From: Eledone cirrhosa
Taxonomy: Eukaryota
Length of the DNA stretch: 64,000 nucleotides
Reading direction: 5' to 3'
Assembly (NCBI GenBank): GCA_964016885.1
Contig: OZ024740.1
Span: 402,380,001-402,444,000 of the forward strand
A program made the position numbers and the translations under genes. Positions 1 through 9,814 of the stretch are shown one piece after another (the stretch's first letter is position 1; each line of letters opens with the position of its first letter). The notes under the pieces were generated by a model. It had not been told where the DNA came from and did no database searches. It was given only the letters and a program-made list of their open reading frames with translations.

Positions 1-323
1 GCTAAAAGGTGGGTGAATTTTGCAAGAAATACCTGTGTGAATGGGCGTAGTGTGCTCATGCCCCTGTAGGCTGGTTGATTTGTAGAGGAGAGAGATGTAT
101 TCCCAAGGTACTCAGGAAGCGTCATGTGATTCAAGATTGGTGGGGTTCCTGTGTTGCCCCTGGGTGGATCTTCCCCTATTTTTCGCGATAACAGTTGTCC
201 GACATAACTCCACAAGCCAAAAGTGCACGTGCACTATACGTGTGCATGAAGAACGGTTTAATCCTTACCTCATGTGTTGCTTGTAGAGCGCTTCCGTCTC
301 GTGAATAAGATAAAGAAAACAAT

Positions 324-326
<3 letters not shown>

Positions 327-396
<70 letters not shown>
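327..396. repeat. (TA)n-(TG)n compound microsatellite
   Basis: Directly visible dinucleotide arrays. Confidence 0.95.
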
Positions 397-397
<1 letters not shown>

Positions 398-1377
398 GTC
401 TGACAGTCTACCACATTTTATTATATCTACACATTCATCTCATATCTTAAGGAATTTTAGTAAATATAATATATGCTAGACAATGTTCATACATACATGC
501 GTATTTCAAACATACTCATTTCTCTGCACGAAATATTCTGCATATACGACCATATAAAAAAGTACTGAATGAATATTATAATAGAAAGAAATATTATAGG
601 ATGAAATAAACAAATAAATGAATTACAGAAAAATGTGGTATCCTAGAAGGTTAGTTTTAGTATATATATGTGTGAATTTAGCCATGCGGAATATATGTAA
701 AACATGCCTCCTCACGAATATCACATTGATGATAGGGAGGTTTGATTATCCGAAATCAAATACTACACGGTTTCACGGTTGAAAGGACAAAGCTGTTTGA
801 TCCTAGGAGGAATGAGTATTAAACAAATAAAAAAAATAATAGAAAGGAAATGTCTGTATTAAGTGAGAAAAGTAAAGAAGCAAAAGGTAAAAAAAAAAAT
901 GAAAAGAAGACAATTTATGGGTAAACTAAGATTGAATAAAAGAAAAGAAGTAACAACAATAAAAAATAAATTGTTAGATGTGAAAATAAGGGACATTAAA
1001 TGGTGGACATTTAGAAATGTTGGAGATATTAAATGGTAATGTTAAGGTCTTGATGCGATACGGTTAGAAACAGTTGAACGGCATTAATGGGTAAATGGTC
1101 AAAAATGTAAGCGGCCTTGCTAAGGATTACTTTCTTAGTTTTATGTAGCAGCAGTAAACACAATGGTCGGTTGAATTTTTGACTTGTCGATAGGTTAAGA
1201 GCTACTTATGTCTAAGCCTGAGAAATAAAGAAAAAATCACTCCCCGTCCTCCAAAATAATGATAATAATAATAAAAGAAAAGAGTTCAGTGCCCAAATCA
1301 AACCAAAGGATATATATATGTTTGTGTGGGGGTTTGTGCGCGCACGTACGTGTATCTGTTGTGTGTATGTAATAGCA

Positions 1378-1427
1378 TATGTATATATATATATAAAAAC
1401 ACACACACTTATATATATATATACACA

Positions 1428-1487
<60 letters not shown>

Positions 1488-1523
1488 CATATATATAAAC
1501 ATACATACATACATATATATATA

Positions 1524-1574
<51 letters not shown>

Positions 1575-1608
1575 ACATACATACATACATAGATAGATAT
1601 GCGCACAC

Positions 1609-1674
<66 letters not shown>

Positions 1675-1684
1675 GTGTGTGTGT
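1378..1684. repeat. Compound TA/CA/TACA/TG microsatellite block
   Basis: Directly visible; explains the YI/CV/HT pseudo-ORFs. Confidence 0.95.
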
Positions 1685-3150
1685 AAGAACAATAAATGAA
1701 TCATCGGCACTTATAGAAAGAAAGAAGAGTACTATTGATATGAACGGAAAAGCATATTACTCCAAGGTACAACATTATACAAATACAGAAAGACATGCGT
1801 GCTGTGGTATTAAAGAAAATCTCAAACTTAAAGAAATATGTGTAAAATAGCTCTGATGAGGAAAACAGTAACACAGACAAAAATTACTAAATGAATTAAT
1901 TTTTGTGGAAACCGTTACATAGATTAACGAATGGTTTCAAATGATGGACAAACTTTTAGAAAGAAGTCTATTCTATTTAGCATAAAAACAGAGACAGTAA
2001 AACTATGAGTTATATCGTATTTCACATCTGTTTAGTACACAATTTAATAATCTAATTGAATTAGCTACCAGCATAAGCGCTAATATTGCGCAAATTGAAA
2101 TTTGCATAAATTTGTATAATCCATTCGTGAATTCAGGAAGCAATTATTTGCATATTCATATCTAAGTATAGCAACTTGAGTCGAAACTAAATTCATCTCC
2201 CCTCTCTCTTTCTTTGTTTACATATGTTAGTGTATGTTTTTTCACACAAATATGCAGCTTCGGTTTAGTATTCTACAATTTATGTTCAAATATGTATTCA
2301 TCATATATCTAAGCTTTGTATGCACAATATGATATCTAATATTATTAAGTGACCTACGAAATACTTAAAATGAAACGGAAACTCTTGAAAAACTAAATTT
2401 TTCTAAATTGTATTTGCATTTTCTCAAATTATCTGACAAAAGTTTATTTAGAGCGGATTCGACCTCATTTACTCATCCCTAATTCAAAGCTTCTCTTAAC
2501 ACCTCCGTTATACAAACAAGTTGCAAGGGTAATATCTAAGAAGTAGCTAGCTTAATCTTCTAAATATCCCTCAAGCCACAGACTGCCGTTTAATATCGGA
2601 CATATTGTCGAAAAAAGTTTGGAGTGCGAAAAATAAAATTGTTTTGATCGTAGATCTACTCATTCAGTGCATATCTTAGGTTACAATAACGCTTCATTAA
2701 TGTCCTAGTATATTTGCCTCACTAGTAAAAGTGCATTTTAAAAATATTCTGGACGAAAAAGCGTTTCACCCTTTACTATACGGTCTCTTTTAATATGCAG
2801 AACTCTGCATTATATTTAGAATTATTTCTTTTTTAAGACAGTGTATGTTCATCGATGGAGATTTAGCTGTTATTTCTAACCGAACAACATTCCTCATATT
2901 AGACATGTTGTTAAAATTGCGGAAACATGGTGATGTTGATACATTTTTAATAAAACCTGGCGGAAAGAAAAGCAACTGCTAAACATCACTTAAATTATTT
3001 GTACTCAGAAATGAGACAGACGAAATTGTATATCAAATATGATTCCATCAAGTGTGATAGTGTCAGTGATTTTTGCTATTTGTCTAGAGAGTGTCTGTAT
3101 ATTAATCAATAAATGTTATACTATTTACGATAACAACAATAATGATAATA

Positions 3151-3316
3151 ATGGTTTCTTATATAAGCACAAGGCCAGTAATTTTGGGAGAGGGGAAACT
3201 CGATTAAATCGACCCCAGTGCATTACTGGTGCTTTATTTTATCGAGCCCGTAAAGATGAAAGGCAAAGTTAACCTCGGCCGGATTTGAACTCCATGCAGC
3301 AAAGCATGGCAACCGA
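3151..3316 (-). mobile_element. tRNA-head SINE copy (octopus-type), 5' part degraded
   Basis: Shares CACAAGGCCAG...CGATTAAATCGACCCCAG...GATGAAAGGCAAAGTTAACCTCGG...ATTTGAACTC with ~9 other copies in the window. The minus strand gives a B-box-like GAGTTCAAAT and an (ATT)n tail. Confidence 0.85.
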
Positions 3317-3930
3317 CATGACAACTATAATGACGGCAATAATAAAGAAAGGGAAACAAAAGAAAAGAAAGAATAGGGAAATATTGGTCATAAATTTCTA
3401 TTTGACTGACTTCGAGAATTATGCGTCCATATCTGAGAAAACAACAAATAGCTTTATCCCTTTCATTTGCAAGTAGGGTGCCTAAAATCCGAATACAGGC
3501 TGCCTTTTTTAAATATGACCTTTAAATATAATTACAACATATGCGCGCACACTTGTGGACACACACATACAAAACAAAAGTATATATATAACAGAATGTG
3601 AAATCCCATCTATGTTTAGACAGGGCTGACGTAGGATATTTAGACAAAATTCTTAAAGTAAACAGAATAGTCACATTAGGCCAGCTATCGTAATAGTAGT
3701 TAAACCTGTAGACATGATTAATCCTAAAACCTTTGAAAAACATAAATATGAGACTGTAAAAGAAAATAAAACTTCAATGATAGATTTAGGTCAATACTGT
3801 TAGTTTGGTGGCGGATGGAATCCTGCAGATGGTAAAATAGTCTTCAAATGTGTTATCAACATTGATTTTGATTGATTGATTGTTTCCAAAATACTCAGCC
3901 GAGTTATGTAGGCTTTTAATAATAATAATA

Positions 3931-4143
3931 ATGGTTTTGATATAGGCACAAGACCAATCATTTTGGTGAAGGAGAATGTCGATTAAATTTACCCCAGTGA
4001 ATTACCACTATTTTAGTTTTTCGACACCATAAGGATGAAAGGCAAAGCTAACCTTGGCGGATGTGAAATTAGAACGTAAAGGGCCGTAACTGTGCTGAAA
4101 AATATTATTCAGCGGTCTACCGATACTGCCAACCCACCGCCCT
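3931..4143 (-). mobile_element. tRNA-head SINE, near full length
   Basis: Same family; minus strand begins GGGCGGTGGGTTGGCAGTATCG (A-box-like) and ends in (ATT)n. Confidence 0.85.
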
Positions 4144-4149
4144 TAATAA

Positions 4150-4363
4150 CAGTTTCTGATTTAGGCACAATGCCAAGAATGTGTGGGGAGGAGACAGGAT
4201 AAATCGACCCCAGAGTATTACTGGTACTTTATTTTATCAACACCGTAAGGATGAAAGGCAAAGCTAACCTCGGCAGGATTTCAATTCAGAACTTAAATGG
4301 ACGTAACTATATGCCACAAAACATGTTTCCTGACACTTTAACGATACAGTCAATCCACCGCCC
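4150..4363 (-). mobile_element. tRNA-head SINE, near full length, tandem to previous copy
   Basis: Same family motifs; head-to-tail with 3931-4143. Confidence 0.85.
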
Positions 4364-4486
4364 ATATTAATGATAACAATGATGCTCTCAATTAAATCGT
4401 GGGAAAACCTTTTGCTGGTCTGAGAGCTGATGAGGGTAAAGATGTGTGTATGTGTGTGTGTGTAAACTTGTCATGTACATCACCGC

Positions 4487-4712
4487 TCTTTATTTCCTTC
4501 TTCCGGTCATTTGTGAACGCAAGCGCACTTCTCACCCCTCTTCTCTTTCAGTCTTTTCTATATTTAATCTGCGTGTCACCCACCTTGTTGATTATCTTTC
4601 TGTTGACCACTGGTCGCTGGTCTCTGTCCCCTGAGGCATTTTTACCCATCGCTGTCTTTGACAGAATTTAGCTGTGTTACCTGCTGTTCTAGCGATAAAT
4701 TTTCTCATTTGT
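4487..4712 (+). repeat. Unclassified dispersed repeat (copy 1 of 3)
   Basis: GACCACTGG..CTG..TCT...CTGA.GC.TTTT..CATCG...ATTTAGCTGT.TT...GCTGTTCTAGCGAT recurs at 12841-12950 (+) and more diverged at ~12400-12576 (-). Confidence 0.6.
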
Positions 4713-4767
4713 ATATGCATTCAATAATCTAGCTTCGTTCTGGTCAGAAAACAGCATTGTTATATAT

Positions 4768-5289
4768 ATATAAGTATGTATACGTACATACATATATGTA
4801 TACAGACGTACAGTAGTATGTGTATATATATATATATACATACATGCACACATATATATATATGTGTAGGTATGAATTCACCGAACATTTATTATAATGC
4901 TCGGTGTGTTTGTAAACAAACATCCCGAATTAAGCCGTACAGTGTCTAGCAAATATGCAAATTAGGCTGCTCAGCCGTTAATATGCATAAGAAAAGTATA
5001 TACTTTCAGACGTTCAATCATCTGGCAAGAAGGTATACTTTGCTGACGATAGCTAATAAGCTTGAAACTAGTACAGCGTTCCTTTGTCAGTGTTGAACAA
5101 ATGAGCAACGATGGTTGCTAGACACTGTACGGCTTAATTCGTGATGTTTGTTTACAAACACACCGAGCATTATAATAAATGTTCGGTGAATCCATACGTG
5201 CATATATATATGTGTGCATGTATGTATATATATATACATACTACTGTACGTCTGTATGCATATATGTATGTACGTATACATACTTATAT
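4768..5289. repeat. Foldback inverted repeat, arms 4768-4952 / 5115-5289, spacer ~160 bp
   Basis: Arms are near-perfect reverse complements (e.g. TTCACCGAACATTTATTATAATGCTCGGTGTGTTTGTAAACAAACATC vs GATGTTTGTTTACAAACACACCGAGCATTATAATAAATGTTCGGTGAA). Confidence 0.95.
5038..5078 (+). ncRNA. Minimal type I hammerhead-like motif (Penelope-type variant)
   Basis: CTGACGA (5043-49), helix II AGCT-aata-AGCT with a T.T closing mismatch, GAAA (5064-67), palindromic helix III ACTAGT, triplet GTA. Helix I is only ~3 bp (TTG/CAG). Confidence 0.55.
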
Positions 5290-5441
5290 TTAAGTAACAG
5301 CCGTACTAAGAGTTAGAAATGAAACTTCGTTTCATCTTTTCCCTTTATATATATATATATATATAATTGGTGTGGGATGCTTAAAGCGACTGTATGCGGT
5401 AGGCCGTTTGTGCACTCGATCCTTTTATAAAGCAGAGTATA

Positions 5442-5632
5442 ATATCACATAAGAAACGGAGAATCAGTGGTGCGACGAATAAAATTGGGAACTCTGCTTC
5501 GAAGAATCGAGACGTAACTGAGGACCTTGCGATTTCAGAGTCAGGTTCGATCATTTGATTGACCGTGCCTCGAACGATTGTAATATGTCTAATACATTTT
5601 ATTCGTCGCACCACTTATTCTCCGTTTCGTAT

Positions 5633-5639
<7 letters not shown>
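5442..5639. repeat. Inverted repeat, arms 5442-5485 / 5596-5639
   Basis: ATATCACATAAGAAACGGAGAATCAGTGGTGCGACGAATAAAAT vs ATTTTATTCGTCGCACCACTTATTCTCCGTTTCGTATGTGATAT (2 mismatches); abuts (TA)n. Confidence 0.92.
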
Positions 5640-5717
<78 letters not shown>

Positions 5718-5796
5718 TTCTCGTCTCGGGAACAATTTTGAATAGCGCCAGTTCGTAATTTGAACTCGGGAATTTTATATTCTCCGAGTGAAAAGA

Positions 5797-5883
5797 ACCT
5801 TCTGACGAGAGTTTATCTTTAAAATGGAAGGCCGCAAGGACTGTCCATTTATTTTTGAGACGCGAAACCGATTCGGTAAAGGT
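5797..5883 (+). ncRNA. Type I hammerhead ribozyme, copy 1
   Basis: Helix I ACCTT/AAGGT, CTGACGA, extended helix II (GAGTTT/AGACGC with one mismatch; AAATGGA/TCCATTT; CC-GCAA-GG), GAAA, helix III ACCG-att-CGGT, triplet GTA. Predicted cut after 5878. Confidence 0.85.
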
Positions 5884-6282
5884 AACCATAGTGAGTACAG
5901 TGAATTTTTTGAAATTTATTTTGAAACTTTTTCTTATTTGCTAAACCTTGATTATATATGTTCTGGCTCGTTAATTTATTAACTAGCCATTGAACCACAT
6001 TGGCATATGGTTGGACAATACATGTGTCTCTGGACGCTTTTTGCGTGTAGGGATATATACTTTATTATTATTATACTCCTCTTGGTCGAGATAAAATTTG
6101 GTCGTTTTGACTGCTGCTATTTATAGTGGTAGTAGACTGACCTCCCTGCCTCTGCTTCTATCTTGACACACGGCACTGGAGAGAATTGCTTCCACATCAT
6201 TCATTCTCATCTCAGGAACAATTTTGAATAGCACCAGTTCGTAATTTGAACTCGGGAATTGTATATTCTCCGAGTGAAAAGA

Positions 6283-6369
6283 ACCTTCTGACGAGAGTTT
6301 ATCTTTAAAATGGAAGGCCGCAAGGACTGTCCATTTATTTTTGAGACTCGAAACCGATTCGGTAAAGGT
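6283..6369 (+). ncRNA. Type I hammerhead ribozyme, copy 2
   Basis: As copy 1 but helix II base fully paired (GAGTTT/AGACTC) with a G10.1-C11.1 pair. Predicted cut after 6364. Confidence 0.9.
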
Positions 6370-6520
6370 AACCATAGTGAGTACAGTGAATTTTTTGAAA
6401 TTTATTTTGAAACTTTTTCTTATTTGCTAAACCTTGAGTATATATATATATGTGTGTGTGTGTTTATCGGAGGTAACCACAGTAAGTAAGGTACTCAATA
6501 CATAGCTGAGTATAAATATT

Positions 6521-6639
6521 TAATAGAGAAATGGCTTCTACAGGACTAGAACTGTTTCATTCGGGAGAAATCATCGGGCTTCCTGATGATTTCTCCCGAA
6601 TGAAACTGTTCTAGTCCTGTAGAAGCCATTTCTTTATTA
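6521..6639. repeat. Near-perfect ~119-bp palindrome containing hammerhead cores on both strands
   Basis: AGAAATGGCTTCTACAGGACTAGAAC.GTTTCATTCGGGAGAAATCATC and its reverse complement, with a 3-nt loop near 6580. Confidence 0.95.
6577..6627 (+). ncRNA. Type I hammerhead-like motif, helix I interrupted
   Basis: CTGATGA (6583-89), helix II TTC-tccc-GAA with T.T closing, GAAA, helix III ACTG-ttc-TAGT, triplet GTC. GGCTTC can pair with GAAGCC, but the proximal 5 nt (CTGTA) lack partners. Confidence 0.55.
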
Positions 6640-6641
6640 TT

Positions 6642-6749
<108 letters not shown>

Positions 6750-6969
6750 ATGCAGAGTACCTGCAGCCGTCTGGTCTACCAAATATCCCCATAAGGTATT
6801 TATAAACCAGGACTTATGGTATAGAGATTCCTAGCTATGATAACACAAATATACATATATCTAATTCGAAAGTTTAAATTATGTTACAGGATATGTTAGA
6901 GGTATGTACATGTATCAGGGAGCATGGAACTTCATATCGAAATGTTTAAACGGAAAAAAAAGGGAATAT

Positions 6970-7004
<35 letters not shown>

Positions 7005-7007
7005 ATA

Positions 7008-7112
7008 GCCACACTTTGAGAGAATATGTAGTCGATTAAATTGTCCATATTACTTGACTTTCTTATCTCGGCCTCGGAGGGTTAGAAGGCAAAATTGACC
7101 GGCAATGTATTG
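7008..7112 (-). mobile_element. Highly degraded SINE fragment
   Basis: GTCGATTAAAT...GAAGGCAAAATTGACC remnants of the family. Confidence 0.5.
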
Positions 7113-7294
7113 ATAGAGTGTGATCAACAAAAATGTATAGAGAAAAAAAATTAATGTATTTTTAATATGGACGACTATAACATACAAGAAAATCCATGAG
7201 TAAGAAAAATGTGGTTGAATCCCCATTTTTTTAATTGCACTAAGTATATCCAATCAGTTGTTGTATGTTGAACTCCTAAAGATGAAATAATAAT

Positions 7295-7457
7295 TGTTTC
7301 TACTTTAGGCATTACTGGTACTTTATTTTATCTACCCCGTAAAGATGAAAGGCAAAGTTAACCTCGGCGGGATTTGAACTCAGAATGGCAAGGGCCGTAA
7401 CTCTATGCGTCAAAGCATGGCGTCCGACCCACTACCGATACTGCCCATTCACCGCCC
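7295..7457 (-). mobile_element. tRNA-head SINE with internal deletion and 18-bp target-site duplication
   Basis: Family motifs; flanked by TAAAGATGAAATAATAAT at 7277-7294 and 7458-7475. Confidence 0.9.
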
Positions 7458-8129
7458 TAAAGATGAAATAATAATGGATGATTATGATAAATATTTAAAA
7501 ATACAGCCAAACGACAAATAAGCGTTATTTAATATAGAGATATTTAACGGAGTAAAATATCTCCCTTTTTACGAAACCTATGCATCAAATGAGAGAAGTT
7601 CCTTTTTTTCCTTTTTTTCCTTTTTTTCTATTTTCTTTTTTCTTTTGTTTGTTTTTTGTAGATCAAGTGTGCATTGCTCGACTATGCGTCTGCACACATT
7701 TACTGGCGATGAAACATACAGCTTAATCACAACTTTAGAGACAAATAGAGAGATACTGTTTGACATTAATGCGAAGTTAGCAGTTTCCATTGTCACTGCA
7801 ATTGAGATATTTATGCTTGCAGCTGGAATTTTTAACAACCCACACCAATTAGGAAAGAAAAGTAGAAAGAGAAATAACATTCTTTAATCTATATAGTGGC
7901 TGGCTGGGAATCAAACTGCTACTACTTCCTGCTGCTGTGTTGTGACTCATTCTTTTAAAATATTGGTCTCCGATATTCTTGTCTTCCATATTCACATTAT
8001 TTTTCATGTTCAAACTTCTAGAGATACTTTTGTTTTTTGTTTTGTTTTTTCGCAGTAGGTTTTTAAGTGATCTTTACTATTGTACTTACTGCATTTGTTG
8101 ATTTTAATGTCCTCCTGCATTTGTATACG

Positions 8130-8370
8130 TTCATCTCATCGCCGTCATCGTTGTCAGCATTGTTGTTGTCCTCCTCCTCCTCCTCCTCCTCCTCCTCCTC
8201 CTCCTCCTCCTCCTCCTCCTCCTCCTCCTCCTCATCCTCCTCCTCCTCATCCTTATCATCATCATCATCATCATCATCACCACCACCACCATCACCATCA
8301 TCACCATCATCATTGTAATCCTCATTATAATCATCATCCTCATCATCATCATCTTTATCATCATTATAAT
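8130..8370. repeat. (TCC)n/(CAT)n/(CAC)n trinucleotide block
   Basis: Directly visible; source of the poly-S/P/H pseudo-ORFs. Confidence 0.95.
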
Positions 8371-8548
8371 TGGCAGTATCTGTAGAGGGTTGGACACCAT
8401 GCTTTCTAGCATAGTTACGTCCCTTTACGGTCTGAGTTCAAATCCCGTCGAGGTTAACTTTGCCTTTCATCCTTACGGGGTCGATAAAATAAAGTAACAG
8501 TAATGTACTGGGTAATTGCTGGCCTTGTACCAATAGTAGAAACAATTA
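8371..8548 (+). mobile_element. tRNA-head SINE copy
   Basis: TGGCAGTATC (A-box-like), GAGTTCAAAT (B-box-like), GCCTTTCATCCTTACGGGGTCGATAAAAT core. Confidence 0.88.
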
Positions 8549-8865
8549 TAATCATCATTATAATCATCATCACCATCATCATCATCATCATCATTATTAT
8601 CACCATCATCATCATCATCTTCATCATCTTTATCATCATCATCATCATCATCATCATCATTATAATCATTATTATAATCATCATCATCATCGTTGTGGTC
8701 GTCATCTTCCTATTCTTAACCATTGTTGACATACCTTCTATTGAGTTTTCCCCACCTGATAATTATCATTACCATCACTACTCAAACACCTTACAATCTA
8801 AATTGTGATGATGATAATGACAGCTATTATCACCATCAGCGATATCATAATCATCATCATCAATA
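8549..8865. repeat. Degenerate (CAT/TAT)n trinucleotide block
   Basis: Directly visible, continuing from the SINE tail. Confidence 0.9.
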
Positions 8866-8939
8866 ACGTAACACCCTGATTCTTATTTATTTGGACAGTA
8901 TAATTCCTTAGCCACCTACTTTATCACTTTATTTTATCT

Positions 8940-9118
8940 TGGCAGTATCAGTAGAGGGTTGGACGCCATGCTTTCCAGCACAGTTACGTCTCTTTACGGT
9001 CCGAGTACAAATCCTGTCGAGGTTAACTTTGCCTTTCATCCTTACGGAGTCGATAAAATAATGTACCAGTAATGCACCTGGTAATTGCTGGCCTTGTGCC
9101 AAATGTAGAAACAATTAT
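8940..9118 (+). mobile_element. tRNA-head SINE copy, very similar to 8371-8548
   Basis: Same start and same internal deletion (GGGTAATTGCTGGCC-type junction). Confidence 0.88.
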
Positions 9119-9771
9119 TTTATCATTTTCTTTTCTTTGCCCTCATCTTTCTCACATGTGTATGTATCGTAAATACACAGAATACCACTGTCACTACAAC
9201 AAAGATGTCTGTCTTAAACACCTAGAAAACGTCCAGGCGCATGACACCTCGTGGTCTCAGCTAAGAGAATAGAAAAAGCGTTACCCTGGATGATAGCGAG
9301 AAAGACGCGTTAACATAGACATTCCAACACATCGGGCTCAATCCTGCGGGTGGCCACCTCTGTTTCATGCCTAACTTATCTATATTAAACCCATTCGTTG
9401 ATCCTTTCTTTTTCTCTTTTTTTGCGTCGAATCCAAGGAAAAGGGTTACAATTATGATTAGTTTCATTGCATCCGATAAAGCAGTGAGTAACTTATACCT
9501 AGACTGGGAAACAGGCTCGAGTATTTACACGAGATTGAATTCTACTTAAAATAACTAAAGTATATGTGATGATATAATGTTGTATTGTGTGAGGGATTGC
9601 TTGTATCACACAAAACAGAAATGGCCACACCACGATGCGCGGCACAGTTTCCATCTACCAAATTTTACTCATACGACTGAAAATACATATTGCCTGTGAT
9701 GGGAGGGGCAGATATGAGTTACGAAGCAGGAAAGAGAATTTCTAATATACCTAGCTATATAATATATAGGT

Positions 9772-9813
<42 letters not shown>

Positions 9814-9814
<1 letters not shown>

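Larger units (their letters stand above)
5715..6445 (+). mobile_element. Retrozyme-like / Penelope pLTR-like element: ~1.5 tandem copies of a 486-bp unit, each direct repeat carrying a hammerhead
   Basis: Direct repeats 5715-5958 and 6201-6445 differ at only a few positions and are offset by 486 bp. Both ends lie in (TA)n and there is no credible coding capacity. Confidence 0.75.

Noticed and set aside
1853-1870. CTGATGAGGAAA hammerhead-like core
   Set aside because: No helix II and no helix I or III pairing; expected by chance.
4426-4490. CTGATGA within an AGAGC/GCTCT hairpin
   Set aside because: No GAAA..UH partner.
6116-6130. TATA box (minus-strand CTATAAATAG) inside the 486-bp unit
   Set aside because: It is antisense to the ribozymes and common in AT-rich DNA; there is no independent support.
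5599-6375. Duplicated minus-strand ORF MVTFTESVS...
   Set aside because: It is antisense to the hammerhead repeat, has no recognisable domain, and one copy runs into (TA)n.
8371-8450. tRNA gene (A/B boxes)
   Set aside because: It is the SINE head; it has no cloverleaf and continues into the SINE body.
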